The notes beneath the pieces were generated by a model. That model had not been told where the DNA came from, did not search any database, and worked only from the letters and a program-made list of their open reading frames with translations. The translations under genes were made by a program, and so were the position numbers. From an uncultured Desulfobacula sp. (lineage in GTDB: Bacteria; Desulfobacterota; Desulfobacteria; Desulfobacterales; Desulfobacteraceae), in NCBI GenBank assembly GCA_964446145.1, contig CAYUOB010000001.1:16387-80386 (forward strand): DNA of 64,000 bases. Direction: 5' to 3'. Of the stretch, positions 1-7,710 are shown in pieces (within the stretch, counting starts at the first letter, position 1; every line of letters starts with the position of its first letter).

Positions 1-896
1 AGATCAAACACTGTCCTTTTATAATAAAATACACATGCAGGCAGGCTCAGCACTGGGATTCCGTTGAGATCGGATATCATGAGCATGGCTCCGGGCAGGA
101 CAGGGCTGCCGTAGAAAATCTGTTCTGCGCCGGCTTTCAGGACACCCTGGCGGGTGACGTCATCCGGATCCACTGAAAGCCCGCCTGTTGTGATTATGAG
201 TTCGCACCCAAGCTGCTGTAATTTTTTGACGGAATCAGCAATGGCATCAACATCGTCAGATACTATGATTTTTTTGACAAGGGTACAGCCTGCTTCTGCA
301 ATTTTTTTTCCTATGGACGGGTCAAAATCATCTGTTATAAGACCGCTGAAAACTTCAGACCCGGTTACAACTGCCCCTACTTTAAGTTTTCTGTACTGTT
401 TCACGGAAAGTATGGGTGAGCTGTCTTCTGCAAGCTTTTCAAGGTGTCTGATGTGTTTTGCATGTATTGTCAAAGGTATGATTCTTGTTGCAGCTATGAT
501 CTGGCCTTTTTCACATGGAAAATTATTTTTCAGGGTTGCAACTATTATATTTTCAAGCCTGTTGATTTCAAGCAGGCCCTGTACATTGACCTTGAGCAGG
601 CCTGCATTTTTTGTACTGATATTGATTTTGCCTTCGGCAGGGTCGGAGAATTGCAGGCAGGAATCTGCAATTGCCTTTGCAATCCTTTTTGCAGCATCAT
701 TTTCATGCAGATGGTTTTTATCAAGCTCAAGCACATAAAGGTATTGTTTGCCGATCTTCAGCAGTTCCGGGATATCTTCATGTGTCACCACATGGCCTTT
801 TTTAAAGGCAGGGCCTTTGAATTCTCCCCTTGTGATTCTTGTCATATCATGGGCAAGTACAGTTCCCACAGCATCTTCAACTTTAATTTTTTTCAT
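1..896 (-). CDS. Molybdopterin-binding protein (MoeA-like/MoCF_biosynth domain), 3' end truncated by the window edge
   Basis: Absent from the ORF track because it has no stop in the window. Manual translation from ATG at 896 gives MKKIKVEDAVGTVLAHDMTRI...GEFKGPAFKKGH, and in the same frame TTGGLSVDPDDVT...YGSPVLPGAM...LPACV, typical of the MoCF-biosynthesis domain. Confidence 0.8.
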   Translation of the reverse strand, partial: MKKIKVEDAVGTVLAHDMTRITRGEFKGPAFKKGHVVTHEDIPELLKIGKQYLYVLELDKNHLHENDAAKRIAKAIADSCLQFSDPAEGKINISTKNAGLLKVNVQGLLEINRLENIIVATLKNNFPCEKGQIIAATRIIPLTIHAKHIRHLEKLAEDSSPILSVKQYRKLKVGAVVTGSEVFSGLITDDFDPSIGKKIAEAGCTLVKKIIVSDDVDAIADSVKKLQQLGCELIITTGGLSVDPDDVTRQGVLKAGAEQIFYGSPVLPGAMLMISDLNGIPVLSLPACVFYYKRTVFD

Positions 897-917
897 GGTC
901 AGGTTCCAGTTACCGGT

Positions 918-3203
918 TTAATTTTGTTTTTCATTTTTCGCTTTTATGGCTGCAAGTATCCTGTCAGGAGTCAGGGGAAACGAATCCATGTAAACCCCTA
1001 TGGCATTGCTGACCGCAGCACAATACCCTTGAGCTGCGGACATGGCGATTGACATGCCGGCTTCCTTGGCTCCGTACGGGCCTTTCGGATCAATTGATTC
1101 AACTATTATATTATTGATTTTTTCAGGCATATCGCATGCAAGGGGCAGTTTGTAGTCCAGCATGGTGGGATTGATGCACCTTCCGTCCTTCCATTCATGG
1201 TATTCCGTCAACATGCCTCCCTGGCCGCCCATGGTAAGGGCGCCTTCAAACTGGCCTTCAAGCACCAGGGGATTTATTGCATAACCCACATCCTGGGCTG
1301 CTGTTACCTCAAGAACTGTCACCTGGCCCGTGTCAGGATCAACTTTGACCTCCACAATGGTGGTGCCGAATGAAAAGGCTTCGCACATCTGGCCGTAGGG
1401 GTTTTTTACCCACTCGCGTTTCATGTCAACCCTGGGCCAGTACCCGCCTTCCGCATTGACTGACTTGAAGTTCAGAAGGCTTATCCTCACAACTTTTTTA
1501 ATGGGGATACATTTTTCAGGCTCATCTTTGACAAAAATCATTCTGTTTTCTGCTGCAAGCTTTGCAGGATCGGTTTTAAGCACTTCAGATGCCACCCTGA
1601 AAAGTTTTTCTCGGCATCTGACAGCTGCAATTTTTACGGCATGACCTCCCACAAAGGTTGAAACCTGGGAATATGATCCAGGGTCAGAAGAAGTGGTTTC
1701 AGTGTCAGCCGATACAAGGTGAATGTCTTCAGGCAGAAGCCCCAGCTCTTCTGCTGCAATTTGAACCAGCATGTTGTCGTTTCCCTGTCCATTGTCCACA
1801 ACTCCTGACATGACAGTTGCCTGGCCGTCTTCATTGAATTTGATGAATGCCTGAGAGCCTCCCCTGATTCCCATGGGAAAACCTGTCTGAACCGAATTTG
1901 TTCCGATACCGATGCCATGCCAGGGCGGCAGTTTTCCCCATTTTTCCCTGAATCCTGATTTTTCCACTGCCTTTAAAATTGTTTCATCCATGGCGCAGGA
2001 GCCCACATAGGATTTTGTGCTGGTATAATCTCCGGGCTGTCTTGAATTGCGCAGCCTTATTTCCACAGGGTCAATTCCAAGATGTTCCGCAATCATGTCA
2101 AGCTGGGTATCTATGCCGCAGGCAAACCCTCTGCCGTGAACCCGTATCATACCCCTTATGGGCTTGTTTGTGTAGATTCTGTATCCATTGTAGCGCACAC
2201 TGCCCATTCTGTAAGCCTGTTCCATGGAAAGAAAAGGGACACTGGTTGCAATGGGGCCTGTGCTGGAATAGGCGCCTCCGTCCATGTAACAGGTGGTTTC
2301 CCTGGCTATCACTCTTCCTTCTTTGTCCACGCCGGTTTTATGCGTTGTTATCATTGCATGTCCCTGACGGGTGGCTATGGTGTTTTCTTCCCTTGTGAAC
2401 TCTATTTTGACAGGCTTTCCTGTCTTTTTTGCAAGCAGGGCGCATATATAGTCAGCAGGGCAGATTTCGGAGCGTCCTCCAAATGCCCCTCCTATGGTTA
2501 TTTTTCTTACCTTGACCTTGTGAAGAGGTATTTTGAATGCATTGGAAAGCGGTTTTGATTTCATGTGGGGCCCGCCGTTGGGACACCATATTTCAAGGCA
2601 TTCATCATCATCAAACCTTGCTGCAACAGCATATGGCTCAGCCTGAAAATAGGATTCTTCAGGCGCCACAAATGTATCTTCCCTTATGTAATAGGCTTTT
2701 TCAAAATTTTCATCCACATTGCCTGTGTCAATGTTCACATGGATATTGATATTGTCTGGAAAATCTTCATGGATCAGCTCGGTTTCAGAAGCCATGGCTT
2801 CCATGGGATCAAACACAGCAGGCAGTTCTTCATATGTGACATCTATGAGATCAAGTGCTTTCAGTGCTGTGTCCTCGTCAACAGCTGCAACCCCTGCAAC
2901 TTCATCGCCTATGTATCTTACTTTTTCCGTCTGTATGAACTGCTGGTCACGGGTATAGGCAAAAACACCCCATTTGACACCTTCGGTATCCTTTCCGGTT
3001 ACAACGGCCTTGACTCCCGGAAGAGCAACAGCCTTTGAAATATCAATATCAAGTATGCGGGCATGGGCGTAGGGGCTTCTTTTGATTTTTCCAATCAGCA
3101 TGCCGGGCAGCTTGAGATCAGCGGTAAATCTTGCCCTTCCTGTTACCTTGGCCTTAGAATCAACCCTGGGCATACGTTTTCCCACTATAGTGTAGTCAGA
3201 CAT
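918..3203 (-). CDS. Xanthine dehydrogenase family Mo-binding large subunit, 4-hydroxybenzoyl-CoA reductase alpha (HcrA)-like
   Basis: 761 aa with KVTG, SPYAHARI, GGAFGGRSE, DNGQG and GPYGAKEAG motifs. Co-encoded with an HcrB-like subunit. Confidence 0.85.
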   Translation of the reverse strand: MSDYTIVGKRMPRVDSKAKVTGRARFTADLKLPGMLIGKIKRSPYAHARILDIDISKAVALPGVKAVVTGKDTEGVKWGVFAYTRDQQFIQTEKVRYIGDEVAGVAAVDEDTALKALDLIDVTYEELPAVFDPMEAMASETELIHEDFPDNINIHVNIDTGNVDENFEKAYYIREDTFVAPEESYFQAEPYAVAARFDDDECLEIWCPNGGPHMKSKPLSNAFKIPLHKVKVRKITIGGAFGGRSEICPADYICALLAKKTGKPVKIEFTREENTIATRQGHAMITTHKTGVDKEGRVIARETTCYMDGGAYSSTGPIATSVPFLSMEQAYRMGSVRYNGYRIYTNKPIRGMIRVHGRGFACGIDTQLDMIAEHLGIDPVEIRLRNSRQPGDYTSTKSYVGSCAMDETILKAVEKSGFREKWGKLPPWHGIGIGTNSVQTGFPMGIRGGSQAFIKFNEDGQATVMSGVVDNGQGNDNMLVQIAAEELGLLPEDIHLVSADTETTSSDPGSYSQVSTFVGGHAVKIAAVRCREKLFRVASEVLKTDPAKLAAENRMIFVKDEPEKCIPIKKVVRISLLNFKSVNAEGGYWPRVDMKREWVKNPYGQMCEAFSFGTTIVEVKVDPDTGQVTVLEVTAAQDVGYAINPLVLEGQFEGALTMGGQGGMLTEYHEWKDGRCINPTMLDYKLPLACDMPEKINNIIVESIDPKGPYGAKEAGMSIAMSAAQGYCAAVSNAIGVYMDSFPLTPDRILAAIKAKNEKQN

Positions 3204-3221
3204 TTTTTTGCTCCTTATTGT

Positions 3222-3731
3222 TTATCCTTTGTCTGTGCTGTCTGCCCGGCAGTCAGGGCAGGCTGCATCCGGGCGGGAAGCATGAGCAACAGCCTTTACG
3301 ATTTTTGCATATCCCGTGCATCTGCATATATTGCCTGCAAGTGCCCTGCGTATGGTTTTTTCATCGGGATCAGGATTTTCATTGAGCAGGGCATCTGCTG
3401 ACATCAGCATGCCTGGCGTGCAGAACCCGCATTGCACGGCTCCGTGGTCAATAAAGGACTGCTGAAGATCGGAAAGTCCGTCTTTTTCTGCAAGGCCTTC
3501 CACAGTCCTTATTCTGGTTCCTGCGGCTTCCAGTGCCAGAGTCAGGCATGAGCGCACTGGCCTTGAATCCATCTGAACGGTGCATGACCCGCAGATTCCT
3601 TCTCCGCAGCTTTCCTTTGCTCCTGTCATATCAAGCTCGTTGCGGAGCACGTCAAGCAGGGTGTCATTGGGCTGAACCATGATTTTATGATCCCTGCCGT
3701 TAATATTGAGGGTAACCTGTATTTTTTCCAT
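3222..3731 (-). CDS. 2x[2Fe-2S] small subunit of molybdenum hydroxylase (CoxS/HcrC-like)
   Basis: CGEGICGSC...C and QCGFCTPG...GNICRCTGY motifs. Confidence 0.92.
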   Translation of the reverse strand: MEKIQVTLNINGRDHKIMVQPNDTLLDVLRNELDMTGAKESCGEGICGSCTVQMDSRPVRSCLTLALEAAGTRIRTVEGLAEKDGLSDLQQSFIDHGAVQCGFCTPGMLMSADALLNENPDPDEKTIRRALAGNICRCTGYAKIVKAVAHASRPDAACPDCRADSTDKG

Positions 3732-3760
3732 ATTTCTGAGCTTCCTTTATATGTTGTTTT

Positions 3761-4777
3761 TCATGAATCCGATGAAACATGGGATTCTGCTGCCTGTTCA
3801 AGGGCACGCATCACCATTGGAAATACCATTGAGCATCTGTATTCAAGGGTGGCGCCCACATTGTGAACAGCAAATGCTGAAGCGCTGTCCATTGAGGCCT
3901 TTGCAGCTTTTTCAAAGGCAGAACTGTCAGTCAGGGGTTTGTTCCTGAGAATATCGCACGGGCCTGTAAGAAAAAGGGGAAGCCTGCCCATGGCGCCCAC
4001 AACAATTCTGGCATTTTCAATTATGGTTTTGTCCTGCTCTGACCTGTCCAGTGCCACTGCCGCGCATACAATGGGATAGTCTATTGCAGAACGGTATGCA
4101 AGGCGGTGATACGCACTTTGCCTGTTTCTGTGTACAGGAATTATGATTTCCTTCAGCAATTCATGGGGTTCCATGGCAAATGGCATGATACCGTCTGTTG
4201 TATAAAAATTTTTGATTGCCACGGTCCTTGTATTTGTTTTTGTGACAAGCACAAGTTCTGCATCAAGAGCCATGAGCGCACTTGCTCCGTCTGACTGGCA
4301 GGTTGAATTGCACCTGTCTGAGTCATCTCTTGCATAGCATATTTTGCCTCCGTCCTTGTGGCAGGGCTGGCGGCCTGATCTGTGGAATGACGACTGGTTG
4401 TAATGAATGCACCTGTTGTCCTGGAGAATATTTCCTCCTATGGTGCCCCTGTAATGCTGTATGGTGACTGCCCCGATTTTTTCACATGCCTGGGTAAGTG
4501 CGTATGCTTTCTGCCTGATGACATCTGAGGCGATTATGTCTGCAATCGGGGTTTTAGCCCCTATTCTGATTGTGTTGTTGTCTTCTTTTATGTAGGACAG
4601 CCCACCAAGTTTTTTAAGGCTGATCAGATATTTTGGTGATAAAAGTCCTTTTTTCATTCTGACCAGAAGATCTGTCCCGCCGCCAAGGATTTTTGCGTTT
4701 TCCCTGTGACAGTCCAGAAGATCAAGCGCCTGTTCAAGCGTGTCAGGTCCTAGATATTCAAATTCTGGCAGCCGCAC
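3761..4777 (-). CDS. FAD-binding subunit with [4Fe-4S] insertion (HcrB-like)
   Basis: GGGTDL and TIGGN motifs, followed by the insert RCIHYNQS..RSG...C.KDGGKIC......SDRC. GTG start. Confidence 0.88.
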   Translation of the reverse strand: MRLPEFEYLGPDTLEQALDLLDCHRENAKILGGGTDLLVRMKKGLLSPKYLISLKKLGGLSYIKEDNNTIRIGAKTPIADIIASDVIRQKAYALTQACEKIGAVTIQHYRGTIGGNILQDNRCIHYNQSSFHRSGRQPCHKDGGKICYARDDSDRCNSTCQSDGASALMALDAELVLVTKTNTRTVAIKNFYTTDGIMPFAMEPHELLKEIIIPVHRNRQSAYHRLAYRSAIDYPIVCAAVALDRSEQDKTIIENARIVVGAMGRLPLFLTGPCDILRNKPLTDSSAFEKAAKASMDSASAFAVHNVGATLEYRCSMVFPMVMRALEQAAESHVSSDS

Positions 4778-4803
4778 GGTATTTCTCCTTCAGTTTAAAC
4801 ATT

Positions 4804-6108
4804 TTAATTAAGAAGCCCCGGTAAAAACAGGACTACGTCCGGAAACACCATCATTATGATGATGCAAAGAATATAGGCAGGCAGAAAATAGGCCACACCC
4901 CTGAACACACGCTCAAGGGGCACATCCTTTGCCATGCCTCCCACCACATAGGTTGTGGCGCCCACAGGAGGGGTTACCGCTCCCAGTGTGGTGACAATTG
5001 TGATTGTAACCCCGAACCATATGGGGTCATATCCCAGTTTCATTGCCACTGGGAAGAAAATGGGTATGGTTATAAGTAAAAGCGCCAGAGCATCCATTAC
5101 AGCCCCGCCTATTATATAGATCAGAAAAATTATCGCCATTATGGAAATTTTGGAAAAGGGCAGGCTCACAACCCAGGATGCTATATTGAAAGGGATCCTT
5201 GTAATGGCGAGAAATCTTCCGAATATCATGGCTCCGGTGATAATGACAATCACCATGCATGAGATTTTAAGTGTGTCAAAAATGCTGTTATAAAAATCAG
5301 TCCATGAAAGGTTTTTCTGAACAACTCCTATGACCACGGCAAAAAATGATCCGATTGCTCCGGCTTCCGTGGGTGTGAATATACCGAAATAAAGCCCAAG
5401 CATGACCACCATGAAAAGAATGAGCATTTCCACGGCACCTGCAAGTGACCTGAATTTTTCCTTGAAACCTGATTTTTCACCCACAGGCCCCCATTCAGGA
5501 TAGAACCAGCACAATACATATACGGTCAGAGCAAGGAGAAGGGCAAGGAGAATACCTGCGCCAAGGCCTCCGTAAAAAAGTTTGGCAATGGACTGTTCAG
5601 TGGAAAGCCCTATTATGATCAATACAACGCTGGGCGGTATGACAACTCCGAGTGTGGACCCGCAGGCAATGGCCCCTGTGCTCAGCATGGGTTCATATCT
5701 GTATCTGTTCATCTGGGGCAGGGCAACTGTGGTCATTGTGGCGGCGGTTGCAGCATTGGAACCGCAGATGGCGGCAAAGGCGGCACATGCAAGAACAGTT
5801 GCCATGGCAATCCCGCCCCTGACATGCCCCACCCATTTGTATGCGGCTGAGTATAATTTTTCGTTTACCCCGGAATAAAAGGCAATCTGTCCCATGAAAA
5901 TGAACAGGGGTATGACAGTAAGCCCGTATTTGGAAAAAGTGTCCCAGGTGACACTGGCAAGCATATTGAATCCTGCATCAGGTGAGATAATGTATGAAAA
6001 TCCGCAGAAACCCACAATTCCCATGGCAAACCCAACCGGAATCCCAAATACGAAAAGTATGAAAAGCAGGGTAAAGATACCTGTGATGCCGATCATGGTA
6101 AGGCTCAT
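4804..6108 (-). CDS. dctM: TRAP transporter large permease
   Basis: Hydrophobic 434 aa with IPLFIFMG, FAAICGS, IPPS, FTPTEA, DPIWFG and TPPVG motifs. Confidence 0.92.
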   Translation of the reverse strand: MSLTMIGITGIFTLLFILFVFGIPVGFAMGIVGFCGFSYIISPDAGFNMLASVTWDTFSKYGLTVIPLFIFMGQIAFYSGVNEKLYSAAYKWVGHVRGGIAMATVLACAAFAAICGSNAATAATMTTVALPQMNRYRYEPMLSTGAIACGSTLGVVIPPSVVLIIIGLSTEQSIAKLFYGGLGAGILLALLLALTVYVLCWFYPEWGPVGEKSGFKEKFRSLAGAVEMLILFMVVMLGLYFGIFTPTEAGAIGSFFAVVIGVVQKNLSWTDFYNSIFDTLKISCMVIVIITGAMIFGRFLAITRIPFNIASWVVSLPFSKISIMAIIFLIYIIGGAVMDALALLLITIPIFFPVAMKLGYDPIWFGVTITIVTTLGAVTPPVGATTYVVGGMAKDVPLERVFRGVAYFLPAYILCIIIMMVFPDVVLFLPGLLN

Positions 6109-6596
6109 TTTTCACTCTCCTTTTTAATCAGCACAGCTTTTAAAAGATCGGTGAAAAGAGCCAGGGCCAGGACAAAACATCCAAATGCCACAGCCAGGGT
6201 AAAGGGATAGTAAATGATTCTCAGGGTTTCGGACAGCTCACCTGCATTTTTCAGGGTCATGGCCTTGTTTGTGATCTGCCATGCCGCAAGGACGAAAAAG
6301 ATACAGCATATTGTATGGTTGAATATGGCAACCCCGCGCCTGACAGGGGCAGGGTATGTGTTCACAAGGATATCAACACAGATATGGCCGTTGGTAAACT
6401 GGGTATATCCAAGGGCAAATGCAGTTACAACGGCTCCTGCATATCCCATCAGCTCAAATGTGCCTCTGATGGGAATATAGAACTGGCGTATGAATATATT
6501 GGCACAGGTCAGGATTATCATTGCAAGCAGCAGCACACCTCCTGTCAGGGTGAGCAGTTTGTTCAGGGACTTGTTTATTTTCATCAGAAAATTCAT
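6105..6596 (-). CDS. dctQ: TRAP transporter small permease
   Basis: 163 aa with four hydrophobic segments and a GHICVD motif. Lies between dctP and dctM. Confidence 0.88.
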   Translation of the reverse strand: MNFLMKINKSLNKLLTLTGGVLLLAMIILTCANIFIRQFYIPIRGTFELMGYAGAVVTAFALGYTQFTNGHICVDILVNTYPAPVRRGVAIFNHTICCIFFVLAAWQITNKAMTLKNAGELSETLRIIYYPFTLAVAFGCFVLALALFTDLLKAVLIKKESEK

Positions 6597-6614
6597 GTGA
6601 GGTCTCCGAAAACC

Positions 6615-6639
6615 CCGTGACCGGCACGGCCGGTCACGG
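6615..6639 (-). terminator. Intercistronic GC-rich stem-loop after dctP
   Basis: CCGTGACCGGC-ACG-GCCGGTCACGG, an 11-bp perfect inverted repeat. Probably a partial terminator or mRNA stabiliser. Confidence 0.55.
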
Positions 6640-6647
6640 ATTGAAAA

Positions 6648-7658
6648 TTATTTTGCAAATGCTTTTATGTCATTGATAATCGCTTCTGCCGGAAGGCCTT
6701 TGGCTTTGGCGTTTTTGATCCATTTTTCGGTGATAAAATCAAGTTTTGCATTCCATTTTGCCTTTTGTGCAGAAGAAAGGGAAATAAATTCAACATGCTG
6801 GGTATTTTTTGACCATTCAATGGATTTTTTGATCTGGTCATCCATGTAGTTGCCAGTCCACAATGCCTGCTCCTTTTTAAGATCCATCATTACTTTCTGA
6901 ATGTCCTTTGGCAGTGAGTTGAATTTTGCTTTGTTCATCACAACGGCAAAGGGATAAAGAACAGTCTGGGTCATGGTGACGTATTTGCAGTTTTCAGCAA
7001 ACTTGAAATCCTTCATTACCTCAAGGGAAGAAAAAAGGCCTTTGACAGTTCCTTTCTGCAATGCTTCAACCGTTGCTGGCATGGGCATTCCCACAGGATT
7101 TGCACCCCATGCCTTAAGTATCTGGGCAGCGCCGCCTGAGGCTCTTAAATCAAGGCCTTTCATATCAGCAAGGGTTCTTACTGGAACCTTTGACATGACA
7201 TTGCCAGGAGCATTGGTGAACATGGTCAGCACAACAACATTTCTGAAGGCTTTGGGCCTGTATTTTTCATACAGGTTAAGAAGTGCAAGGCTGCCTGTTT
7301 TGGCATCTCCGATTCCAAGGGGAAGGCTCATGGCATTGGTGACGATGAAACGTCCCGGCTGATATGCCATGCAGATGTTTCCTATATCGGCCTGGCCAGC
7401 AATAACCCCGTCCATCATGCCTTTGGCTCCTAGAAGTGTCCCGCCCGGAAATGTGTTGACCTGAACCCTGTTATTCGTGCGTTTTTCAACTTCAACTTTC
7501 CATCTTTCCATCTGTACACAGGGAAATGTGGGAGCAGGCGGGAAATTGGCATAATTGAGTTTGATTTTTCCTGCCGATACAGGTGAAAGAAACATTAAAA
7601 GGCAGGTTGTTGAAATGAACAAAAATAATGCTGCTGAACAAAGTGATCGTTTTACCAT
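6648..7658 (-). CDS. dctP: TRAP transporter substrate-binding protein
   Basis: N-terminal signal peptide, FPGGTL, DMKGLDLR and ALQKGTV motifs. Confidence 0.9.
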   Translation of the reverse strand: MVKRSLCSAALFLFISTTCLLMFLSPVSAGKIKLNYANFPPAPTFPCVQMERWKVEVEKRTNNRVQVNTFPGGTLLGAKGMMDGVIAGQADIGNICMAYQPGRFIVTNAMSLPLGIGDAKTGSLALLNLYEKYRPKAFRNVVVLTMFTNAPGNVMSKVPVRTLADMKGLDLRASGGAAQILKAWGANPVGMPMPATVEALQKGTVKGLFSSLEVMKDFKFAENCKYVTMTQTVLYPFAVVMNKAKFNSLPKDIQKVMMDLKKEQALWTGNYMDDQIKKSIEWSKNTQHVEFISLSSAQKAKWNAKLDFITEKWIKNAKAKGLPAEAIINDIKAFAK

Positions 7659-7710
7659 GGCATTAACCTCCGTTTGTGGGCAGCAGATGCTGCCCGGTTG
7701 AGTGTAAAAT

